The notes beneath the pieces were generated by a model. It saw only the letters and a list, made by a program, of their open reading frames with translations. It made no database searches and had not been told where the DNA came from. Shown in pieces: positions 10,157-18,825 of a stretch of DNA of 64,000 nucleotides. Within the stretch, counting starts at the first letter, position 1, and each line of letters starts with the position of its first letter. The DNA is taken from assembly GCA_963806035.1 (NCBI GenBank), contig CAWDWO010000008.1, positions 1 through 64,000 on the forward strand, written 5' to 3'. The translations under genes were made by a program, and so were the position numbers. Origin of the DNA: Candidatus Krumholzibacteriota bacterium (GTDB taxonomy: Bacteria; Krumholzibacteriota; Krumholzibacteriia; JAJRXK01).

Positions 10157-10996
10157 ATGCGCCAAACCAGCGGCTCCATCGTCTGTCCTTCGTGCGGCAA
10201 GCTCATCGACGTCAATGAGGAGCGATGCCCCTTCTGTGGCCGCTGGCAGCCGGGCATGTTCGGCTATGCCACCAGTCTCTCCCATTTCGCGGAGTCCTTG
10301 GATCCCACGGCCGGGATCACCTGGTTCTGCATTCTTTTGTATCTGGTCGCTTTGGCGCTGGATCCCAAGGCCGCCCTCTCCTCGCAGGGGGGGATTTTCG
10401 AGATCCTGTCACCCTCGGGCCGTTCGTTGCTCATGCTCGGCATGACTTCCGGTGCGGCGGCGAGCCACGGTCACTGGTACACCGTGCTCTCGGCCACCTT
10501 TCTGCACGGCGGCCTCTTGCACATCGGTTTCAATCTGCTGTGGATTCGCAGCATCGGTCCGACCATCGAAGACGGCTACGGCCCGGCCCGCTACTTCGTG
10601 ATCTTCATGGTGGCGTCGATCGGAGGTTTCATCGTCTCCGATGTCTTGAGCGGCGCGCCCACCGTCGGCGCATCGGGAGGAATCTTCGGTCTCTTGGCCG
10701 CGACCGTGCTCTACGGACGCGCGCACGGCGGCCATTTTGGCGATGCCATCACTCGTCAGGCACTGCTGTGGGCCGGCATCCTGCTCGTTCTGGGCTTCAT
10801 GGGCTCCCGCACCAACAACCTGGCGCACTTGGGTGGCTTCGCCTTCGGATATGTCACGGCGCGCTACTTCTTGCCCCAGGCCGATCGGCGCGAAGGACTC
10901 GGCGTGGTGCTGACCGCCCTCGCGCTCGCAGCGGGATCGGTCCTTGCCGTCGTCTTCTCCCTCATCACCTTCGCCCCCTACTTCATGAAAGGCTGA
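10157..10996 (+). CDS. Rhomboid intramembrane serine protease with N-terminal zinc ribbon
   Basis: CPSC...CPFC; FLHGGLLHIGFN, GASGG, AHLGG. Confidence 0.9.
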   Translation: MRQTSGSIVCPSCGKLIDVNEERCPFCGRWQPGMFGYATSLSHFAESLDPTAGITWFCILLYLVALALDPKAALSSQGGIFEILSPSGRSLLMLGMTSGAAASHGHWYTVLSATFLHGGLLHIGFNLLWIRSIGPTIEDGYGPARYFVIFMVASIGGFIVSDVLSGAPTVGASGGIFGLLAATVLYGRAHGGHFGDAITRQALLWAGILLVLGFMGSRTNNLAHLGGFAFGYVTARYFLPQADRREGLGVVLTALALAAGSVLAVVFSLITFAPYFMKG

Positions 10997-12403
10997 TCAC
11001 CACAAGTCCCTGCGTCCCAGCTCGAGTTTGGCCCAACTCCGGTACCCCAGATAGGCCGTGAGGACTCCCAGTCCGCAGAGCAGGAGCACCGTCGTCAGCC
11101 AGGCTCCCCACCCGCCGAAACCTACCGAAGACCGAAGGGCAAGCCCCACCGAGCCACCCGCGATCAACACGAGCATACTCAGAATCAGAGCGGGTAACTT
11201 GTCACCCTTGAAACGCAGGAACCATGGAGAGAATCCAATTCCCAAGAGAGTGGTGCCGAGAGAGAGGAAAACGAGATAGGGAATCGAATTCCACGACACG
11301 GTGGGGAACAGACCCAACATTCGCAGAGCCACGGTTCCCAGACAGAGAAAGAACCAACTCGAGAAGATGTCGAAAGACGAAGCGAATCCGAGTTCGCGCA
11401 CCAGGCGTTCACGCGCGACGGGGAAGAGAGCTTCACGCTCCATGTAAGTACGGCGGCGTTGCGCATGTCCAAATCGGCTGAGGGGAAGCATGACGAGATA
11501 GACAAACACCAAACCGGTCTCGGCGTGCGAATGCCGCTCCTGGTAGATCAGAAAGAACATCCCCATCAGGGCCATCAACAGCGCCATGGAGAGTCCGCTC
11601 ACCATGGGAGAGCGAGGCCCCATACCGCGACGCCAGTGTGCGACGCGCGCGAGCGCCCCTGCCCGGTACACGCTGAGGCGCGGCCGGAGGGAGTAGCGAC
11701 CAAACCAGGGCAAGAGATTCTGAAAGAGCGCGATGAAGGGCGTATCGGAATCGGGACTCGACCCGCTGCGCCAGCAGATCGAGGGATCGAAGCGGTATTC
11801 GAAGCTGCTCTCGCTCAGACGCAACATCCTGTGGATCGTGAAGGCGAGGAGAGCCAGCGAAAAGAGAATCGCCAGAAGCCAATAGACCGTGGCCCTTCCA
11901 CTGATCTCGAGCCAGGCGTTCCAATTCCCTTCCCGCGGAAGATCGCCGAACGTTGAAATCCAGAAGAAGACCGAGGGACCGAAGAGCATGAGAAGGTTCC
12001 CGTGCTCGATGAAAAAAGGCCAGCTCCAGTAGATACTGAAAACGAGCAGTACGAGCGCGAGCGAGGCCACGAGGCTGAGACCGGCGAGAAGAGCCCCAAC
12101 GATCGCGAACACGAGCGGCGGAGACACCACGATCAGTGCCACTCTCAGTTGGACCGTCTTGTAGTGGGGGGCCAGGCTTCCCTCGGGCCGGGCCAGAATC
12201 TGCTTCAGATGCCCGCTGACGAGCCCCGTCCACAGCATGAGCAGCATGCTCGTGATCAACAAACCGGCTTCGCCCGCCCACTCCCTGCCCTTGAGATGTC
12301 CCTCCGCCGCGATCGCCAAAAGGACCACGGAGAGCAAGAGTGAGAGGGGAAAGCGCACGCGCCGTGGATAATCGCGAATGGCCGCGCTGGTGGCTCTAGT
12401 CAT
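10997..12403 (-). CDS. Multi-pass membrane protein, probable ABC exporter permease
   Basis: About 12 hydrophobic segments; overlaps the ABC ATPase stop. Confidence 0.7.
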   Translation of the reverse strand: MTRATSAAIRDYPRRVRFPLSLLLSVVLLAIAAEGHLKGREWAGEAGLLITSMLLMLWTGLVSGHLKQILARPEGSLAPHYKTVQLRVALIVVSPPLVFAIVGALLAGLSLVASLALVLLVFSIYWSWPFFIEHGNLLMLFGPSVFFWISTFGDLPREGNWNAWLEISGRATVYWLLAILFSLALLAFTIHRMLRLSESSFEYRFDPSICWRSGSSPDSDTPFIALFQNLLPWFGRYSLRPRLSVYRAGALARVAHWRRGMGPRSPMVSGLSMALLMALMGMFFLIYQERHSHAETGLVFVYLVMLPLSRFGHAQRRRTYMEREALFPVARERLVRELGFASSFDIFSSWFFLCLGTVALRMLGLFPTVSWNSIPYLVFLSLGTTLLGIGFSPWFLRFKGDKLPALILSMLVLIAGGSVGLALRSSVGFGGWGAWLTTVLLLCGLGVLTAYLGYRSWAKLELGRRDLW

Positions 12404-13277
12404 GGCTCATCTCCAGGAAGATGTCCTCCAGATTCAATTCCTGCACCTGGACTTGAGCGTCGAAGCGCCGTTCCAGTTCCTTTGCCAAGGATCCGTTCTC
12501 GCAAATCACGCTGATCACTGCTTCACGTCCGCGTACTCTGGAATGCAACAGACCTTCCACCCCGAGGTCCCGCGGCAGATTGGAGGAAGCGACGATGCGC
12601 ATTCTCTTGACCCGATCCTTCAGAGAATCGAGCTCGTCGTCGTAGACGACGCGCCCATCACGGAGTATGGCGACACGATCAGCAACGCGTTCCAGATCAC
12701 TCAGAATGTGGGTGGAGAAGATCACCGTGCGCTCGCCTTCGCTCACCACCTCCAGAACCAACTCGAGAAAAGCGCGGCGCGCCGCAGGATCCAGACTCGC
12801 GGCGGGCTCATCCAGGATCAAGAGCTCCGGAAGATTCCCCAGAGCCGCGAGCAAGCCCAGCTTTTGCCGCTGTCCCACCGAGAGATCCTTGCTCGGGGTG
12901 TCCGAATCGAGTTCCCAACTGCGAAGCAGCTCGTCGATGAACAGCGCGTCCCAGTGGGGGTAGAACGCCGCGGTGTAATCGAGAACCTCTCGCGGCGTCA
13001 TCCAGGGATAAGGGTGATACTCCTGTGGCACATAGCCGATCCGCGACTTGGTTTCGTCGGACAGCTCCCAGGGATCCTCGCCCAGCAGCTCGATCTGCCC
13101 GTGGTCCGAGCGCAAGAGTCCCAGCGCCAGCTTGATCAAGGTGGTCTTCCCCGCCGCGTTGCGTCCCAAGAGACCAACGATCGAACCGCGAGGAACTTCC
13201 CAGTCCACCCCGTTGAGCACACGCTTTTCACCGAAGCGCTTTTCCACCGCCTGGGTTCGCAGAACGATTTCACTCAT
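12396..13277 (-). CDS. ABC transporter ATP-binding protein (YtrB/CcmA-like)
   Basis: GRNAAGKTT, LSVGQ, LILDEP, STH. Confidence 0.93.
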   Translation of the reverse strand: MSEIVLRTQAVEKRFGEKRVLNGVDWEVPRGSIVGLLGRNAAGKTTLIKLALGLLRSDHGQIELLGEDPWELSDETKSRIGYVPQEYHPYPWMTPREVLDYTAAFYPHWDALFIDELLRSWELDSDTPSKDLSVGQRQKLGLLAALGNLPELLILDEPAASLDPAARRAFLELVLEVVSEGERTVIFSTHILSDLERVADRVAILRDGRVVYDDELDSLKDRVKRMRIVASSNLPRDLGVEGLLHSRVRGREAVISVICENGSLAKELERRFDAQVQVQELNLEDIFLEMSHD

Positions 13278-13671
13278 GGTCTAGATCCTCCAGTAGGGGT
13301 TCGATGAGACTGAGCAGTTGCGAGCGCGAAAGGCCAGCCTCTCTGGCCAGGTCCACGCTTTCTTGCAGTCGAGGCAACAACTCGTGGCGCAGCCTGTCCT
13401 GCCACTCCGGGTCAGGGTCCTCAGGTACGCGCATACCCAGTCCCGCGACGCGCTCCACGGCGCCCTCCTCGTGCAGGCGCGAATACGCCTTGGAGACGGT
13501 CATGGGATTGATCGAGAGTTCATGGGCGAGCTGGCGCACCGAGGGCAGCATGGTTCCTGCCGGCAGACGACCGGAAAACAGCTCCAGGCGCAGTTGGTCC
13601 ATGAGCTGCCGGTACAGCGGAATCCCGGAGTTGGGCTCCAGGAGGAAGGTGAATGTAAAATTGCCGGACAT
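13270..13671 (-). CDS. GntR family regulator, YtrA subfamily
   Basis: PLYRQL, LPSVRQLA, INPMTVSKAY; short C-terminal domain; heads an ABC operon. Confidence 0.92.
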   Translation of the reverse strand: MSGNFTFTFLLEPNSGIPLYRQLMDQLRLELFSGRLPAGTMLPSVRQLAHELSINPMTVSKAYSRLHEEGAVERVAGLGMRVPEDPDPEWQDRLRHELLPRLQESVDLAREAGLSRSQLLSLIEPLLEDLDHE

Positions 13672-13672
13672 A

Positions 13673-13697
13673 GGTGTATTACGGAGTATAATACACT
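13673..13697. promoter_or_regulatory. YtrA-type operator overlapping a -10 element
   Basis: Inverted repeat GTGTATTA-N7-TAATACAC (GGTGTA-N13-TACACT) 2 nt upstream of the gntR ATG; TATACT on the minus strand. Confidence 0.8.
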
Positions 13698-13818
13698 TCG
13701 GTTGCAGGAAAAATCCGGATTTTCGGCGCGAATTCCACCTCCCCCGGAACCCTATCCCTCAGCCGCAACTCGGGTTAAAATGGCGCTTTTCCGGGGAGAT
13801 TCAGTAAGGGAGGCCCTC

Positions 13819-14487
13819 GTGAACAAGTCCGGTTTCGTGCCCTATCGACCCCCCCGGCTCGCCCTGGAGGAGTCCCTCGCCCGTGGGCGCGCGTTCTACG
13901 CCGAGATGGACACCCGCCGCAGCGTACGGCATTTCAGCGACGAGCCCGTGCCCCGCGAGTTGATCGAGCTGGCCATCCGCAGCGCCTCGACCGCGCCCAG
14001 TGGCGCCCATCGACAGCCCTGGAAATTCGTGGCGGTCAGCGACCCTGCCCTGCAGCGCGAAATCCGCATGGCGGCCGAAAATGAGGAGTACGCCTCGTAC
14101 GAGAAAGGACGCATGCCAGAGGAGTGGATCGAGGCCGTGCGTCCCTTGGGAACAGACTGGCAAAAGCCGTATCTGGAAGTGGTTCCCTGGCTGGTCGTGG
14201 TCTTCGCGGAGAGCTATTCCCTCGCCCCCGACGGGAGCAAACGGAAAAATTACTATGTGAGCGAGAGCGTCGGACTGGCCTGCGGACTCTTCATCACGGC
14301 GCTGCACCACATGGGCCTCGCAACGCTCACCCACACCCCCAGCCCCATGGGTTTCCTCAGCGAGATTCTGCAGCGGCCGCGCAATGAGAAACCCTACATT
14401 CTCTTTCCCGTGGGCTATCCCGCCGTAGGCTGTGAAGTGCCCGATCTTCGGCGCAAGGACCTGGACGCGGTGGCTCTCTTCCGCTAG
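13819..14487 (+). CDS. Nitroreductase superfamily, iodotyrosine deiodinase-like
   Basis: RRSVRHFS, TAPSGAHRQPW, lid ENEEYASY..RM..W..LGTDWQKPYL, NYYVSES, TLTHTP; GTG start with GGGAGG SD. Confidence 0.85.
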   Translation: MNKSGFVPYRPPRLALEESLARGRAFYAEMDTRRSVRHFSDEPVPRELIELAIRSASTAPSGAHRQPWKFVAVSDPALQREIRMAAENEEYASYEKGRMPEEWIEAVRPLGTDWQKPYLEVVPWLVVVFAESYSLAPDGSKRKNYYVSESVGLACGLFITALHHMGLATLTHTPSPMGFLSEILQRPRNEKPYILFPVGYPAVGCEVPDLRRKDLDAVALFR

Positions 14488-15446
14488 CTCTGTGGGTCGT
14501 CGGTTTTGTCCGCCTCGTCCCGGGGCTTCCCCTCGCGAGTTTCCAGCGAACGCTGGTTCACGAGCTGCGCGAGAACCGGCCCACTCGCCTCGCCGAAGTA
14601 GATCGAGCGATGCGGGAAGGGGATCTCGATGCCGGCCTTGTCGAAGGCGTGCTTGATGCGGCGGCGGAATTCGCGTCCGACTTCCCACTGTTTGATCGGC
14701 TTCGTGCGCAGGCGGCCTTTGATCACGACCGCCGAATCGGCGAAGTTGTCTACTCCGAACACCTCGAGATCCGCCACCATGAGCGGCCCGTAGTGCGAAT
14801 CCTCTTTCAGTTCGGCGCCGACCTTCTGGATCAGTTGGATGACCTCGTCCACGTCTTCCTTGTAAGCTACACCGATGTCATAGACGTAGGCTGACCATTC
14901 GCGGGTCATGTTCGACATCGTATTGACCGTGCCGTTGGGAAAGACGTGCACCGTGCCGGAGAGATCGCGCAGGATGATCGTGCGAAAGTTGATCTGCTCC
15001 ACCAAGCCGCCGGTGCCGTTGATGATGGCGACGTCCCCCACGCGTACTTGATTCTCCAGAATCATGAAGAAACCGGAGATGATGTCGCGCACGAGATTCT
15101 GGGCGCCGAAGCCGACCGCGACTCCCGCAACGCCCGCGCTGGCCAGGATGGGACCGATCTCCACCCCGAATTGCCGTAGCACGACCAGACCGGCCACGAT
15201 CCAGAGCATGATGAGCACGGCCTGGCGCAAAAGCCGTACCAGGGTCTCCGCGCGCTTTTCCGCCTCGTTGGGCACATCCCCCGTTTCCTTGCCGCGGCGC
15301 ACCAGATTCTCCTCCAGACGCCGCAGCCCCATCTTCACCAGACTCATGGCGATCCAGAACACCACCAGAACGAGCAGGACCCGCAGGGCGCCCAAGATCA
15401 CCTCTTCCCAACTGATGTGACCGATGAGATTGGAGAAGAATTGCAT
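14484..15446 (-). CDS. Small-conductance mechanosensitive channel (MscS family)
   Basis: GVAVGFGAQNLVRDIISGFF, VGD, G.VE.I..R, FPNG, GIEIPFP. Confidence 0.92.
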   Translation of the reverse strand: MQFFSNLIGHISWEEVILGALRVLLVLVVFWIAMSLVKMGLRRLEENLVRRGKETGDVPNEAEKRAETLVRLLRQAVLIMLWIVAGLVVLRQFGVEIGPILASAGVAGVAVGFGAQNLVRDIISGFFMILENQVRVGDVAIINGTGGLVEQINFRTIILRDLSGTVHVFPNGTVNTMSNMTREWSAYVYDIGVAYKEDVDEVIQLIQKVGAELKEDSHYGPLMVADLEVFGVDNFADSAVVIKGRLRTKPIKQWEVGREFRRRIKHAFDKAGIEIPFPHRSIYFGEASGPVLAQLVNQRSLETREGKPRDEADKTDDPQS

Positions 15447-15591
15447 CCGCGCATCCTTTCAAGGGCTCAAAAGCTTGCGAGTGCAGGCCAAAATTCGGAC
15501 CCGAGTCCGTTGAGGGACTGACAAGAAGGTACTATCTTGCTGCGTAGCTTCAAGACCGAGGGAAGTCGGAGCTGAAGGAGGTTTCGATCCC

Positions 15592-16761
15592 ATGCGTTCG
15601 ATCCGGCGGGACTTCGCCCTTTTCGCTGCACTCTTCATTCTCATCTCTCTGCCAATTCCCTGGCACGAACTCACTGCCGCCGCGCGCGCGGAGGGACCCA
15701 AAGCGCTCATGGACGCCATTCCGGTGAAGCCGACCGACGATCTGCGCGGGCTTGCCGACAATTTGGGTTACGCCACCACAGCGGAACAGATGGATTCGGT
15801 GCTCACCCAGAGCAAAGCCCTCGCCGCCCCACGCACCAAGGAGCTCATGCACGAGACGGGCTGGGATCCCAATACCCCCTTTGCCGCGGCCGTGTGCCCC
15901 CACGACGACTACTACTACGCAAGCCGGCTCTATGCGCTCATCGCTCCGCACATTCGCGCCAAGACCGTCATCCTGTTCGGCGTATTCCACAAGGCGAGCG
16001 CTTTTAACGTCAGCGACAAGCTCGTCTTCGGTTCTTTCAAGGCTTGGCGCGGTCCCTATGGACCGGTGAACGTCTCGCCGCTGAGGGAGGAATTGATCTC
16101 GCGGCTGCCTGCTGAAGATTACCTCGTCGACAACGACATGCAGATGGTCGAGCACTCCGTGGAGGGAATCGTGCCCTGGCTCCAGGCCTACGACCACGAG
16201 GTTGAGATCGTACCGATTCTCGTGCCCTACATGGACTGGAAGACCATGGACCGCATCTCGCAATCGTTCAGCCAGGCTCTGACACAGCTCATGAAGGAAA
16301 AGGGATGGAGCCTGGGCAAGGACGTCGTGATCATCGCCTCATCCGACGCGGTCCACTACGGTGACCAGGGATGGGACGGCAACGATTTTGCCGAGTTCGG
16401 CACCGACATCGAAGGCTATGCCAAAGCCGTCGACCGTGATCGCACCCTGGCTGAGGAGCAACTCACCGGTCCCGTCGATCGACAGCGGCTGAAGCAGTTC
16501 CTCTACACCTGTGTCGACCAAAAGGACGTGTCCCAGTACAAGCTCACCTGGTGCGGCCGCTTCTCGGTGCCCTTCGGCCTGGACGTGGCCTCCCGCGTGA
16601 GCGAGGCCCTCGACTCGCATCCTCTGACCGGCACCCTGCTCGACTACGGGACCAGCGTGGCGGAGGCCTCCCTCGACCTGGACGAGATCCTGGGTCTGGG
16701 CGCGACCGCTCCCAACAACCTGCACCACTGGGTGGGCTACGTGGCCATCGGCTACCGCTGA
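15592..16761 (+). CDS. Memo-like (AmmeMemoRadiSam protein B family) protein with N-terminal signal peptide
   Basis: CPHDDY, GVFH, EHSVE, SSDAVHYG, TWCG, VGYVAIG; hydrophobic N-terminus; AAGGAGG SD. Confidence 0.8.
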   Translation: MRSIRRDFALFAALFILISLPIPWHELTAAARAEGPKALMDAIPVKPTDDLRGLADNLGYATTAEQMDSVLTQSKALAAPRTKELMHETGWDPNTPFAAAVCPHDDYYYASRLYALIAPHIRAKTVILFGVFHKASAFNVSDKLVFGSFKAWRGPYGPVNVSPLREELISRLPAEDYLVDNDMQMVEHSVEGIVPWLQAYDHEVEIVPILVPYMDWKTMDRISQSFSQALTQLMKEKGWSLGKDVVIIASSDAVHYGDQGWDGNDFAEFGTDIEGYAKAVDRDRTLAEEQLTGPVDRQRLKQFLYTCVDQKDVSQYKLTWCGRFSVPFGLDVASRVSEALDSHPLTGTLLDYGTSVAEASLDLDEILGLGATAPNNLHHWVGYVAIGYR

Positions 16762-16786
16762 GCGCCTGGGCCCTCTCCGGCCTTGC

Positions 16787-16809
16787 ATAAGTGTCACTGG
16801 TACACTATT
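16787..16809. promoter_or_regulatory. Putative NrtR operator
   Basis: AGTGT-cactggt-ACACT inverted repeat (GT-N7-AC core) just upstream of nrtR-nadA. Confidence 0.7.
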
Positions 16810-16820
16810 TAGTGGGTGCC

Positions 16821-17543
16821 ATGTTGACCCAGGCCGAGAAACCCCCTTTGGCAGTGTCCGCCGCGCGCCGCTTGCCCTCTTTCCCCCTCACGGTGGATAC
16901 GGTCATCTTGACCATCCTGGAGGGGGAGCTGAAGGTCGTGCTGGTGAAGCGTCTCGACGAGCCCTTCGCCGGTCTTTGGGCCCTTCCCGGCGGTTTCGTC
17001 CACGAGAAGGAGAGCCTCGAGTCGGCGGCCCGGCGGGAATTGCGGGAGGCCACCGGAGCGCAGGACGTCTACCTGGAACAGCTCTACACCTTCGGTGAAC
17101 CCCAGCGCGACACACGCGGACGGGTGGTGAGCGTGGCCTACGTCGCCCTGGTGGCGGCGGATCGCTGTCCCCTCACTCCGCACCGGCTGGAAGCCGAAGC
17201 CCGCTGGTTCTCCGTCTACGAACTGCCCGCCATGGCCTTCGACCATCGCGAAATGTTGGACACGGCCCTGTCGAGGGTGCGCACGAAACTGGAGTACACC
17301 ACTCTGGGCTTTCAGTTGATGCCCGCGACTTTCACTCTCAAGGAACTGCAGTCGAGCTACGAGATCGTGCTGCACCGTTCTCTGGACAAACGAAACTTTC
17401 GCCGCCGCCTGAAGCTCCTGGATTTGGTCGAAGCCGTGGGGGAAAAGCGCGCGGATGGCCCGGGACGTCCGGCCATGCTCTATCGATTCAAGGACGTCAA
17501 TTTCCTCCATCTCCGTGAAAAGGGCTTCTTCTTGCCCTTTTGA
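16821..17543 (+). CDS. nrtR: Nudix-related transcriptional regulator
   Basis: WALPGGFV, Nudix box, LEQLYTFG..RD.RGRVVS, LAFDH-like motif, C-terminal wHTH DKRNFRR..GRPA.LY; upstream of nadA. Confidence 0.88.
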   Translation: MLTQAEKPPLAVSAARRLPSFPLTVDTVILTILEGELKVVLVKRLDEPFAGLWALPGGFVHEKESLESAARRELREATGAQDVYLEQLYTFGEPQRDTRGRVVSVAYVALVAADRCPLTPHRLEAEARWFSVYELPAMAFDHREMLDTALSRVRTKLEYTTLGFQLMPATFTLKELQSSYEIVLHRSLDKRNFRRRLKLLDLVEAVGEKRADGPGRPAMLYRFKDVNFLHLREKGFFLPF

Positions 17544-17561
17544 GGTCTCGAGGTGCTTCTC

Positions 17562-18713
17562 ATGCTGAATACGGCGATGCAAAAAACCTACACACCTCTC
17601 CCCGAGGAAATCACGAGTCTCTCCGCCGAAGAAACGCAGACGCGCATCGCGGCAGCCAGGGAGAAGCTGGGCTCCAAGGTGATCCTCTTGGGCCACCACT
17701 ATCAGGCGGACGAGATCATCCGTCACGCGGATGCGACCGGGGATTCCTTCAAGCTGGCTCAGCACGCCGCCGCGCAAAAGGATGCACGCTACGTGATCTT
17801 CTGCGGCGTGCATTTCATGGCCGAGAGCGCTGACATCCTCACCGAAGAGAACCAGACGGTGCTCTTGCCGGACATGGGCGCCGGATGCTCCATGGCGGAC
17901 ATGGCACGGCTCGATCAGGTGGAGGAGGCCTGGGAGACCCTGGAGGAACTCGGGGTGGACGAGATCATCCCCATCACCTACATGAACTCCACCGCCGAGA
18001 TCAAAGATTTTTGCGGACGGCACGGTGGCGTCGTGTGTACCTCTTCCAACGCGAGCGCCGTACTTCGCTGGGCCTTCGAGCGCGGCAAGCGCGCCTTCTT
18101 CTTCCCCGATCAACACCTGGGTCGCAACACCGGATACTCCATGGGAATTCCCCTTGCGCACATGCCCCTGTGGGATCCCCGGACGCCGGACGGGGGAAGC
18201 GAAGCGCAGATCTATCGCGACGCCAAGCTCATCCTGTGGCGCGGCCACTGCAGCGTGCATCAGATCTTCAATCCACAGAACCTCGAGTCACTGCGTGCGA
18301 ACGACCCCGAGCGAAAAGTGCTCGTGCATCCCGAATGCAGCTTCGAGGTGGTACAGAACGCCGACCTGGTGGGAAGCACCGAGTTCATCATCCAGCAGGT
18401 GCGTCAGGCTCCCGCTGGATCGAAGTGGGCGATCGGAACCGAATATCACCTGGTGAACCGTCTGGCCAACGAGCATCCCGAGCAGGACATCCGCAGTCTT
18501 TCGGGCATTCAGTGCGCCTGCGCCACGATGTACCGCATCGATCCCCCACACCTCCTCCACTGCCTCGAAGAGTTGGTAGAGGGCCGCGAGCTCAACCCCA
18601 TTCACGTGCCGAAGAGTGTTGCCGAAGGGGCGCGCATGGCGCTGCAACGGATGCTCTCCCTGAAGGGAGACGGGCGCGTGAGCCCGAAGGCCAAGACGGT
18701 GATGGCCGGCTAG
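17562..18713 (+). CDS. nadA: Quinolinate synthase
   Basis: GHHYQ, GDS, FCGVHFMAESA, GCSMAD, YMNS, CTSSN, HPEC, GST, CATM. Confidence 0.95.
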   Translation: MLNTAMQKTYTPLPEEITSLSAEETQTRIAAAREKLGSKVILLGHHYQADEIIRHADATGDSFKLAQHAAAQKDARYVIFCGVHFMAESADILTEENQTVLLPDMGAGCSMADMARLDQVEEAWETLEELGVDEIIPITYMNSTAEIKDFCGRHGGVVCTSSNASAVLRWAFERGKRAFFFPDQHLGRNTGYSMGIPLAHMPLWDPRTPDGGSEAQIYRDAKLILWRGHCSVHQIFNPQNLESLRANDPERKVLVHPECSFEVVQNADLVGSTEFIIQQVRQAPAGSKWAIGTEYHLVNRLANEHPEQDIRSLSGIQCACATMYRIDPPHLLHCLEELVEGRELNPIHVPKSVAEGARMALQRMLSLKGDGRVSPKAKTVMAG

Positions 18714-18825
18714 TGTGCTCGTGGGGATTGGATTCTCGTTCCCTATCCCTTCTGGCAGATTTCTTCTCGCTGAGCGCAACTCTGGTGTAGGGTAGAGGGG
18801 TCCCTTCCCTTCCATCGTCAGAGCC

